DNA of 64,000 bases from Bilabrum cf. latius (lineage: Eukaryota): positions 1,302,001-1,366,000 of the forward strand of contig OZ237736.1 in NCBI GenBank assembly GCA_965178125.1, read 5' to 3'. This document shows positions 35,501-46,317 of the stretch, one piece after another. Both the position numbers and the translations under genes were made by a program. Positions within the stretch are counted from its first letter, which is position 1. Each line of letters opens with the position of its first letter. The notes under the pieces are model-generated. The model made no database searches. It was not told the origin of the DNA and saw only the letters and a list, made by a program, of their open reading frames with translations.

Positions 35501-38500
35501 CACAGCCTGCTCATGTGCCGCCTTGGCCGCTGCCAGCTCGGCCTGCAGCTTGCTCTCGCTCGCCTGCCCATCGGCCACAGCCTGCTCATGTGCCGCCTTG
35601 GCCGCTGCCAGCTCGGCCTGCAGCTTGCTCTCGCTCGCCTGCCCATCGGCCACAGCCTGCTCATGCGCCGCCTTGGCCGCTGCCAGCTCGGCCTGCAGCT
35701 TGCTCTCGCTCGCCTGCCCATCGGCCACAGCCTGCTCATGTGCCGCCTTGGCCGCTGCCAGCTCGGCCTGCAGCTTGCTCTCGCTCGCCTGCCCATCGGC
35801 CACAGCCTGCTCATGCGCCGCCTTGGCCGTTGCCAGCTCGGCCTGCAGCTTGCTCTCGGTCTTCTATTTCTCATCAATACTTTTGTCGCGTGCTGCCGAG
35901 GCTGCATCCAAGGAAAGTTTGGCTGTAGCGAGTTGACCCATCAGTTTCTGAATCTCAGTTGTAAGCTTTGCCTCCTTGCTGTTGCGCTCATGTGCCGCCT
36001 TAGCCTGCATCTCCTCGAACTGTCTACGAGCATATTGCAGGTCGGCGTACGCCGGAGATCGTGTCTTGTCGTCCTCGACGGTTTCCGCAGCAACGATACC
36101 GGAGCAGCCTAGCCTGCCAAATCGCGCGTCAAACCACGCCAATCGAGCCGTAGTACGTTCCAAGTCTACAGTTACACGTTCCAAGTGCTTGCCGAGCATG
36201 GCAGACTACCCTTTGGCTGTCTTCAGCTACTCTGCCAACTTCTTGATGTCTGCTTCCTTGGCTCGCAGCAGCTTCCTCATCTCAGCTGGCGACAGATCTG
36301 CATTGACGCGAGGCTTAGTAACCATCTTCTTGGCTCTCAATGCAAACCGAAGCGTGCTGATGGTCTCGTCCCTGTTCCACGAGGAAGGGGAACAAGCTAC
36401 CAGCAGGCTCGTTCGGCTGTTGCCACCTAGCGACTCTTGCAGGATCCGGGTTAATTTCGAGTCGCGATACGGAACGTGGGTTGAAGAAGACTCCGTCAGC
36501 GCGTAGATACACATGCCTAATGTGGTCAGCGAAAGGTTGATCTTCTTTGCCTCATCAAATCGTATTCCTGATGCCTGGGATTTGCCAACTTTCTCACTGC
36601 CAGCCAGGTCGACAAGCGTTAGCACGGACCGCTTGGTCACAAATGTGTCAAGCCGTTTCTGCCTGACAGTCAGGAAGAGCAGACTGTGGCTTCGGGAGGA
36701 ATGCTGGTTCATCTACGTAGCCGCAGTCGTTCGGTTGGCCTGTCCTTCGTGCAGCCGGTGCACCACCTCCTCTGCACTCACCACGAAGTGGCGCGTGGCT
36801 CCAGAGATCCTTGCGGTTTTGTCCTTAGGATCTTCCCGAATCTCTAAGTCTGCCTTTTGGGGGTTAAACAGATCCTTCACTCGCTCCATATACAGCTCCA
36901 CCATCTCTAGCTGCACCGTGAAATCAATATTTTCCGGTGCCGCTGCGATGTGTTCGAAGATCGCATTGGCTGCACGATACACTAGGCCAGCCTGGCCTGG
37001 GCCTGACTTGCCCTCCATAGAGAATGTTTTTCCGGCTCCAGTCTATCCATACGCCAGGATGGCACCGTTGTATCCGTTCAACACGCCTTCGACAACGGGT
37101 TTACCCACCGTTTCATAGACATCAACCTGCGAGGCCGTTGGCGGGATGACACCATCCAGGTGAACCGGCGGGATCCGGTCTGATGGATCCATAGCCTTGA
37201 TCTCCTCTAGCTATTCTTCAGGAGAGGCAAGGGGGGCAGTAGACGCCTGCCCGCGGGCGGCACTAGCCGCGCCTGATACCACGCTTGCGGCCCCCTCGTG
37301 GTATCGATCGTTTCGCTATCCGTAGACCAGCACAGTCTGTTTGTTATCGTCAAATTCTACGCAATAGCGCCCACCCTCTCTTTCCTCCTTGCTATTCTAA
37401 GGCCTAAATCGGGCAAACACGCGTACTCTATCGCGCCCTTTCTGCTCGCCGGGCGGGGCGAGCTAGTCCTGAAGCGTAGCTACGTCACCGACTACCGTGC
37501 CAGCCTCGGAATCAATGACAGAGGCAGCGTATTCCTTCGCCTTTCGAATCGACTCAACCACGCTACCAGTCCGGCTTGACGCGCCGAGGGGAGTGCGATA
37601 CCCACCCGAATCAGCAGCAGCAGCGGCGACGTAAGGGAGACTGAGCTGACTGCCTGCACCACTTGCCGCGGCCAAAGACCTGCGCGGTTCAGGCGTGAGC
37701 AACGCACTACTGTCTTGCTTAGGATCTAGATTCGCCGCAGTCTCCTCTCGATGTTTGCCCGCCTGCGAGCTAATTGGGTGCGAAAGTGCATCTGCGTCTT
37801 CCTATGCTTGCCGGAGCTAACCCACCAGGGCATCACAAGCCTCTGCTGCTACGTCCGGCGACTGCGGCACGGACTCATGGCGCTGCAAGGACTCTGCACG
37901 CCTGCTTGCAGTTGGAACCTCGCTTAGAGCAGCAGCAGTGAGCCCGACAGGACGGTCTAGGACCCTCTAGTCGCTGGTCTGCGCCTACTAGGAGCCATCG
38001 CTTGGAACTTTTTGCACGTCCATCGGAATTGCAGCATGGACCTATTGGTCTCTCATCGGAAGGGACTCGCGACGGTCCGAGAGGCGCCCGGGTGATCCGC
38101 CAGGGAAGCTTTCTCGTGGTGGGGCTGCCACTGATGCAGACGACATGCCCTTTTGAAGAAAGTGGGACGCAGACATGACCGACCGCGCTGCCATGGAGCC
38201 AGTAGACTGTGCGTCGTCATCGCGATAGAAGTAAGCATCGTCTCGTCGTGCAGCCAGTGCCTCCTCGAGGTCAGCAGCCTGGCGAATCTCCACAACCTGC
38301 TCCTCCTCGTCGCCCGCCCTGCCAGCCCCGTGCTCTACGCGGAACGCGTGTGGTCCGTCCGCCTCTGCTGCGCCATCCTCTTTGGCGAGCGTCTGTGTGC
38401 CACCACCCTGGTGATATTGAGAACCACTACCTACTCCGCCTGGTCGGAGCACTGCGTGGCTCTGACTGCCCCTCATCACCGCGGCACTGCTCTGCCTGCG

Positions 38501-39454
38501 GGCTGACCGCTAGCCTGCCTGCGAGCCAGACGCTCTGGAGCCTGCCAAGGGTCGACTCTGCCCAGGATTTGAGACCCCAGGCCGGCTTGCATCCGCGGCG
38601 GACAGTCTTCTGCTATCAGCGTTGGATGGACGGGTTGGGACCTCGGCAGCTGCGGCTGGTTGCTGACGCCTTAGCTGCGACCCAGATGCACCAGCAAGTC
38701 CACCGGACGAGCGATGGTTCCCGCCACTGGCAGCGCCCGTGTCGGTCTCAGGGACCGTCGAGAGACCCACAGCCGCAGCAGTACCTGTTGATCGTCTAGT
38801 ACTGCCTCGCAGAGAGCCTCGACTAGACTTGAGCTGCCCAGTGGACGCAGCGTGCTTCAAAGCGATCTGGCCGGCTCGGGAGGAAGCACCGGATCCATGC
38901 AGCACCCGACCGCCTACACTTGATTGTTTGGTGCCGGTGCGGTGGGTTCCTCCTTGTTCCGAAAGACGGATTCTCGTCGACACTCCTCTGAGTTGCTGTC
39001 TGGACGCTTCCTGTCCGGAACCGTTCGACTTCAATGATAACTTCGATTTGACCGACGACAAGGAACCTACCCTTCTTGCACCGCTTGGCCTGCGACCGGT
39101 GGCAGACCCGGTGGGTAAGAGACTTGCACTAGACTCGTGCTTACTCAGGATGCCGCTAAGGAGCCGTGCTTGTGCGGCATTGGCGCTACTAGTTTTACCT
39201 GAGGGGCGCCGAGGAGGCACCCCAGAGGACGTCCCTCTCGCCTTGGCGCTCACTGCACTACTAGATGACACTCCAGATTTGGTCCTCGACATTCTCCGGC
39301 TGTCCCCTCCGCGACCAGATAGTGAGACTTTCCCAGTTGCAGTACTGGATCGACTCAGCGTTGAAGAAGCTGTGCCTCCAAGTCGTCTCTTTGCACTCTG
39401 TCCTCCAGCGGAATCAACTCCTTCACTACTATGAGCTTCGGGTGCCCCTTGCAT
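29528..39454 (-). CDS. Giant kinesin (kinesin-1-like motor, ~3300 aa) with long N-terminal extension and repetitive coiled-coil stalk
   Basis: Motor at about 36300-37430: VRVFARFRP[TAG]N, GYNGAILAYG[TAG]TGAGKT, ELYMERVKDL, MNQHSSRSH, LVDLAGSEK, INLSLTTLG, HVPYRDSKLTRILQESLGGNSRT, ETISTLRFA. One frame from ATG 39454 to TAA 29528 with about 26 TAGs. A small intron near 30000-30190 cannot be excluded. Confidence 0.9.
30236..35862 (-). repeat. 5.6-kb coding tandem array of ~60 75-bp units (25 aa) interspersed with 10 117-bp units (39 aa)
   Basis: Units ADGQASESKLQAELAAAKAAHEQAV and ADGSTSTDELRREIDAARSKSESL(Q/E)AELAAAKAAHEQAV. Copies are near-identical. Confidence 0.97.
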
Positions 39455-39589
39455 ATTTCACTTGTGCGGGGAAGATGGTGTGGGCTTAAGACTTTGAAGA
39501 CATTAACTCGGTGGCTAGCGGAACATCCGTCGGTGGATTGGAGCGCGCGGCGCCAGCAACCACGTGAACGGACCTCCACAAAGACAGGC

Positions 39590-41395
39590 ATGGGAAATGT
39601 GTGCGGGCCTTCATTAGATGATCCTTTTGGTGGCAATGCACAGTTGATATGGTTGGCGGCCGACAGGTCAACCCCTGGTCCAATCCGAGCTATCTTGAAG
39701 CGACTTGTGCTCGACAGCCAGTCGGCTGCAAATCTCTTCACTGTATCCGCCACACGATGGCAAGCGTAGAATGCATCGACCCGGTCGTCAGCCGGCGATA
39801 TCTTAAACAGGAATCCAAAGATGAAGGTGCGAGTTGAGACCGTCGAAAGGCTCGAAGGGGAAGCGAATCTTGCCTGCAAAGGCGAGCAGAGCGATCGGGA
39901 AGCTAGCCTGCAGCGATTTACGGCGCAGCTTGCATCGGAGGCTGGTAAAGACCCGCACATATGCGTGGGGCTTCTTGTCGACTTTTTGCATAAGCTGGAC
40001 TAGCCACTTTTGTCTCCGCACGCCGGGGACTTTGGGGCGTTCGTTGCCTCAGTTAAGCGGCCTAGCCTTGCGCAACGGCTCGTGGCAGTTCGAGCTGCGT
40101 TGTCCAGGCTCCCAGCTGGGCATTTGGCTATTGCCAAGTCTGTTTTCTCCACGCTTCGCGACTGCATTGATTCTTCCAGCGGAGGCTCGAAGTCCGCTGG
40201 TCTTGGGGAGCTCGCCCGCAGCGAGGCGGCTCGAGGCGGCGAGGACGATGCTTCGCTGGACGAGGCACAGAGCGCTCGTGCTGATGCGCCGTAGTCAGAA
40301 GTACGGCCATCGCGAGGCGTGCTGTCCAGCCGGGCGATCGCTGGGGTGCTCGCGCCCATCATGCTAGAACGCGTGCTGATCGACGCAGCTGACGTGGACC
40401 ACATCGACACGCGGCCGGACGAGCGGTTCCTGGCATCAGAGGTGGTGCGCCTGCTGATAGAGTACTGCGACGCGGCATTTGGCCGCGCAAATGAGGAGGA
40501 CATGGAGGAGCTGCTCGCCCAGGTGGCTGACCTGCAGGCGGGCATCGAGGCCGAGCGCTTCAAGACCAGGCAGAGGGAGCGCGAGCTGGCCCAGGTGGAG
40601 GAGCGGAGGGTCGTCAGCGCGCGGGTGGCGCTGGACCGGCAGATGATGCGCAGGGTGATTTCTGCGTGGGGTCGCACGGCACAGCGCAGCCGCGGCAGGA
40701 TGGCCCTCCACGATAGGGTGCGGCTCCTGTCTGAGCTGCTGGACCACCAGGCGAGGATTGCGGCCCACAAAGACAGGCTGCTGGAGCGTCTGGCGGCGGA
40801 GACAGGGAACACTGCGATGCTGACCAGGCTTCAGGAGAAAGGGCTGCTGGCCCCTTCGGCAGAGCAGGACCCGTCTACGCCTGGAGGAACACCAAGTGCG
40901 GCTGCATCAGGTGCCGGCGCCAGTGCGGCCGATGCTTCCGCCTCCGTCTCTGCAGCAGCGACGGCCATGCAGGAAAGCAAGCAGGGTGAGCATGGACATG
41001 GGGACTTCCGTGGACCGGCCTACAGAGAGAACGCCCCTGCGCCACTCCACGGCTAGCCATCATCATCATCATCGTCTTCTACCACCCGGGCAGTGCCGTC
41101 TAGCTATGCCGCAGGCCGGTTGAGCATGCCGCCCATGGATTCGCCCGTGCTGCGTCAGCAGGCAGCAAGGTGGCAGCAGCAGCCGCCTCTTCCTGCCAGC
41201 GAGGAGGCTGCGGGCATCGCAGGCAGCTCCAGTGCCGATGCAGGCAAGGGTCGGGCAGCTTCGGTCGAAATCGATGCATCAAGACTGCCTGATGCCCCTT
41301 AGTATAACCACGCCAGCGCAGCGAAATCGTCCGCAGCTGCCCCGCAGCCGCAGCAGAGGGGTCCCCCCAGGAGAGCCCCAGAGGCAGCGACATGA
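39590..41395 (+). CDS. RhoGAP-domain protein, putatively N-myristoylated/palmitoylated, with coiled coil
   Basis: Starts MGNVCG. Motifs ANLFTVSA, DPHICVGLLVDFLHKLD[TAG]PLL, RLVAVRAALSRLP, AIAGVLAPIML, VVRLLIEYCDAAF match the RhoGAP pattern. 5 TAGs; TGA at 41393. Confidence 0.7.
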
Positions 41396-41478
41396 TTGAT
41401 TGTGGCAGCGGCCCCGCAGCCGCAGCAGAGGGGTCCCCCAAGGAGAGCCCCAGAGGCAGCGACATGATTGATTGTGGC
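41339..41478 (+). repeat. 72-bp-period tandem duplication spanning the RhoGAP stop codon
   Basis: 41339-41406 and 41411-41478 are near-identical (GCCCCGCAGCCGCAGCAGAGGGGTCCCCC...GACATGATTGATTGTGGC). Confidence 0.9.
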
Positions 41479-41530
41479 CTACGGATTGTTCATGTTTGAA
41501 TGCTCGAACGATATCATTCGTGCTTTTTGG

Positions 41531-43435
41531 TCAATCGACCCGAGCTGCCTTTGCTTTGGGAGCATCTGAGCCATCGCCCGCGTCCCCCGCTGACCCCGTC
41601 GCTCCCGAGCTACCACTACCTGCACCGCCAGATGCAGCACCAGTACCATCTCTCTGGGCTCGCTTGCCTCCAATCACTGGAGCACCCTCCCTTGCCCTTG
41701 CTTCTGCCGCCCGCACGGCCCCGTTCACGCCCGCAATCACCCCGCCCAGCTTGTTCATCGTTTCCTCGTACTCATCCGAGGGCACCGAGTCGAACACGAT
41801 ACCGCCCCCGGCCTGCAGATGCAGCACGCCGTCGTGCACCCACACGGTGCGGATCGCGATGGCGGTGTCCAAGTCACCGTTGTATCCGAATGAACCCACC
41901 GCTCCGCCGTAAATGTACCGCCGTTCCGGTTCAAGCCCAGCCACGAGCTCGACGGCTCTCACCTTGGGCGCACCCGAAAGGGTGCCTGCAGGGAAGATCG
42001 ACTTAAACGCGTCCAGAGCCGTCTTGCCCTCTGCCAACCTGCCAGAGACCTTGGACACGATGTGCATGACGTGCGAGTACATCTCAACGCCCATGAGGGA
42101 ATCCACCTTGACGGACCCGGGCGCGGCCACTCGCCCGACATCGTTTCGCCCCAGGTCCACCAGCATGATGTGCTCAGCCCTCTCCTTCTCGTCCGAGAGC
42201 AGGTCCTTCTTCAGCGCCTCGTCCTCCGCCGGCCCCTTGCCTCTTTTTCTCGTTCCCGCGATGGGGTGCGTCTGCACCACGCCGGCCTCCACCTTACAGA
42301 GCATCTCCGGCGACGCCCCAGCGATGCTGGTGCCCTCTCCCATGTCTACGTAGAACATGTAGGGGCTCGGGTTCACGATGCGGAGGTGCCTGTACAGGTC
42401 GAACGCGGTGAGACCCTCAGGCAAGGGCCGCGAGAGCCTGTGGGAGGGCACGGCCTGGATGATGTCTCCAGCCACGATGTGCTTCTTGAGCGACCTCACG
42501 TAGCCCTCGTAGCCCGCCCTACCGGCGTTTGACGTGGCCTCCCAGGCCTCCCTCGTCAGCGAGCTGCCGCTGGAGCTGCCAGCAGAGGGGGGGCGCTTTG
42601 GGCTTGCTGGGGCGGCGTCCACGGGGCGACCGCGCTCGATCTTCCGCACGATGTCGGCGATGCGGGCGCGAGCCGCTTCGTAGGCGGCTGCGAGCTGCTC
42701 GCCTACCTTGGTGCCGCCCGCGCCCGAGGCGGCTGCCGCACTGGACGAAGATGAATGACCGCTTGGTGACACACTGGACGCACTGGGCAGCTAGCACTGA
42801 GTGAGCACCTTGAGCGTGTGCCTGGCGTGATCGAACACGACCACGCTGTCGACAAACATGAACGCAGCCTCAGGCATTTTCAGGGGATCGGCCTGCTTTT
42901 CTATGGTTGCAGACGTCCGCGGCTCAAAGTGGCGGATACAATCATACGTAACAAATCCCATGGCGCCGCCAGAGAAGCCGGGAAGGTCAATACGTACTCC
43001 AATGGCCGAAAGATCGAGCTGCTTGTGCTTGCTAAGCTCGGCCTGCAGCACCTCGGTTGGGTCTCCTTCAGCATCAAAGCCCTTGCCCGTGCGGATAACT
43101 TTCCGAGGATTTGTTCCAATGATGGAGTACCGGCCACGTGTTTCTCCGCCCTCGACAGATTCTAGCAGAAACGAGTGGTGCCCTTGTCGCAGCTTTAGGA
43201 AAACACCAACCGGCGTCTCTAGATCGGCTGCAAACTCTCTGCGAGCAAGCATTCATTCCACGTATTGCCACCGCAGAGTACAGAGCAGCAGTTAACGGGA
43301 CACTGGCGACGCAAAAACAACTTCTCACTGGAACACAGGGACCGTGGTGGCTGCCACGTCGCTTGAGGCCGCCTTCGCGATCACGTCTACCGGCGGAACG
43401 ATGGAACCAACTCGAGGGAGTGAAAATCCACTCAT
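41531..43435 (-). CDS. trpE: Anthranilate synthase component I; complement(join(41531..43238,43329..43435))
   Basis: Motifs [100 protein letters not shown]. Intron 43328-43239 (GTGAGA...TCGCAG). One TAG at 42791; TGA at 41531. Confidence 0.95.
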
Positions 43436-43575
43436 ATTTTTTGCACTGGCACAGTCCCACTTGATTTCTGCCGACAATTAGCAGAATTCGTGGTCTATGA
43501 TAAATGGATGACGAGTGGGCTCCGCACAGATGCATCTTTTTCGTTGCTAGCACCGCATAGACAAGTATTTTCTGC

Positions 43576-44742
43576 ATGAAGTGTCAACTCGCAAATAAAA
43601 TAATGTGCTATTCAGGCACTGGATGTGTTGCCCTTTGCATGTGTGCCTTAGGCCTGCTGCTTCTGGAAGGGAGCGTGCAGCTTAGTTGCACTTCAGGGGC
43701 TAGATCCGATACTGTCGTCGTAACCGGAGCCTCCAGCGGAATCGGGGCAGAGTTAGCTCAGCAGTATTGCAGATAGGGCAGCAGCGTGGTTCTGGCAGCG
43801 AGAAGAAAGGAGAAGCTGTAGCGTATAGTTGAGTACTGCAATGACCTCCCAGGCCGAGCGGTCGCTGTCCGGTTCGACGCCGCGGAGAGAAATTCATCTC
43901 GTGGCCTGCTCTAGGCAGCGCTAGAGGCATTTGGTAGGGTCGATACGCTCGTGATCAACCACGCTATGTTCGACGATAGCGCTCTAGCAGAGTACCCTAC
44001 CACTGAAGCAGCTGCCTCGAGGCTTCGGTCCATGCTCGAGGTGAACACGGTCGCCCCGCTGAGCTTGGCCCTGGATTTTTTGCCCCATCTCAAAGGTACC
44101 GCTAGCCGGGCAGCGGGTCGCATCGCCTTCGTCTCGAGTGGCACGGCTAAGGCCGCCGCGCCCTTCCACGCACTGTACGCCTCCACCAAGCTGGCCATGC
44201 ACGGGGTGGCAGACACCCTGAGGGCCGAGCTGATGCTCCAAGACACTGCAAGGGCTATCATTAGCAGCGTTCCGGAGGAGCAATAGGCGGCTGCCCTGCA
44301 GGGCGCGGGGGGCCGGATTCGGATGGCACTGGCAACAGCCCCTTCTTTTTCCGTGCAAGTGCCCGGGGCTCAGCAGGCTGCCGGGGCGCATGGGACTTCC
44401 GCACCCAGCGTGTCACTGCTGGTGCTCGGCATGATTGGCACTCCGGAAGTGATGCAAGAGCCGCAGCTGCGCGCACTGGCCATGCCTGTGCCTGACTGCG
44501 CCTCCTCGATGGTGTGCGCGATCGACGCGAGGGCCAGGGAGGCATTCATACCGGGGTACCTCAGGATCTTCGTGGGTCTCGGCAGGATAGCGCCGCAGCT
44601 GACCGAGGGTATCATGCAGCTCATGTACACGCTGAATGTCGACCGGTACACCCAGTACCTGGTGCAGTCAGCTGCGAGCGAGACAATTGCAGGGACCGCT
44701 ACCAGCAGTGGCCAGGCAGCAAGCCACGGGGATGAGCTTTGA
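43576..44742 (+). CDS. Short-chain dehydrogenase/reductase (11-beta-HSD-like), N-terminal hydrophobic segment
   Basis: VVVTGASSGIG, VVLAARR, DTLVINHA, YASTK (YxxxK). TAGs at 43774, 43819, 43912 and 44284; TGA at 44740. The start may be ATG 43603. Confidence 0.9.
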
Positions 44743-44839
44743 AGACGGTACGGGCTTATCGGGACGGTAGTCGCTGGCCTTAATCTTGATTGAAACGAGC
44801 CAGCAAGCAGACTAAGATTTTTATTAATTCCAATCAGGA

Positions 44840-46129
44840 TCAGAGCGAGACATCGACCGCCTCGCTCTTGCTCTGCCTCCCCTCTCCCGAGCCAGCACCC
44901 CCAGATGCCGCGCCGTTGCTGGCAGAGCTGCACCCGCCCTCGCTGGTGCTGGCTCGCCTCCGCTACTTGGCCGCAGCTCTGCTCTGCAGGCTGCGGACAG
45001 GCGCCCCCGCGGCCTCGGCTGCCAGAAGCGATTCGTAGTCCTCGCGAGGCATTGCATCCAGCCTCGCGACCGCAGCGAGCAGCGCCCGGCTGGTGCCCGC
45101 GGCTGCCTACGTGCCATACCCTGCCGATGTCTCCCCTGCTGCCAGATCGTCTGCCAGTTTGTGAGCAATGGCTGGGTCTAGCTTCGGCGATGCCACGGCC
45201 ATGGCACTCCTGCCTAGCGCGTCCTCTGCCGCGATGGACGCGGTCGACATGGTGGAAAGGAGCGTTTCGGCGCACTTTGAGTGCCCGTGGAGGCAAGCCA
45301 CGTGCAGCGGTGTCCACCCGGCAGCATCCGCCAACTGGGCAGCCTCGGGTCCGTCCTCGTCCTGCAGCAGCTGCTCTAGCACTGCGTGTCTGCCCCCGGC
45401 TGCTGCATGGTGCAGGCACGTGCGTCCCTTCAGGTCCTAGCTGCAAGGGTCTGCTCCAATTTCGAGTAGGTACGTGACGACATCTTGGTGGCCCGCGTGC
45501 GCTGCGACCGCCAGCGGGCTCCAGCCTGTCTTGTCCGGGCAGTCCCAGTCACATGTGTCTCCAAACTTGTCGCTCATCTGCTGTAGGCACTCCAAGTTTC
45601 CACACTGTGAGGCATAGTGCATCGCAGTGTACCCCGCGGCGTCAGAGAATCCCGGGTGGCAGCCCCTTGACAACAGCTCTGTGACTGCTGCGGCCTCTCC
45701 CCTCGCAGCCGCCTGCCGCAGCCGCTCTCCAAACCGCACGTTTGGAGCAACGCACTAACAATACACGGACAAATACTCATCGCATGATATTAATCCATCG
45801 TCGTCCACTCGAGACAGGGCCGGTGATGACTCTACAAACGATGTGAACTACTCTGGGCCCATGCTCAGCCCAAGCGCTGATAGCAGCCCGGGGAGCTCGT
45901 GCCGGTCGATTGCACCGCTGCCATCCTTGTCGCATTGTGTAAACTACTATCTGGCCCTCTCAATAAGGTCCCGTGGGAGTGATGCCAGGACATGCTCGAG
46001 TCCATCGACAGTTCGAGAGGCAGCTTTCGCAGCAAGCTCCCGTCGTTGCTTCAGCTACTACTCCGCCTGTGCCTTCGCCTCAGCTTCTGCTTCGTTGGAT
46101 TTATCATCCTTCTTCTTCTTCTTCGGCAT
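44840..46129 (-). CDS. EF-hand plus ankyrin-repeat protein
   Basis: Starts MPKKKKK. EF-hand F-T-Q-C-DKDGSGAIDRHEL. Ankyrin repeats GYTAMHYA, GWSPLAVAA, S[TAG]DLKGRTCLHHAA, GWTPLHVAC. 9 TAGs; TGA at 44840. Confidence 0.85.
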
Positions 46130-46317
46130 GAGTACTGCTTCCAAACTCGAAATATTGGCTGCAGAAGTCTCCAGTCGAACGGTCACATGATGGTTTTGTG
46201 TGACGATGGATCCTCGGCTTATTATTTTTCCGAGCCAGGCTCTACAATTCGTCGAAATTATCAGCTTGAATCCAGCGACTCGCGTATTCAACTATATAGA
46301 TTCGCGTGGTATTCAAA

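Noticed and set aside
30236-35862. CRISPR-like array or satellite DNA
   Set aside because: There are no unique spacers, unit lengths are multiples of three, and the array is in frame within a kinesin.
30160-36112. Very long alternative-frame and plus-strand ORFs over the array (e.g. 31938-35936, 32837-36112)
   Set aside because: They are shadows of a stop-poor repeat. The coding frame is the one continuous with the kinesin motor.
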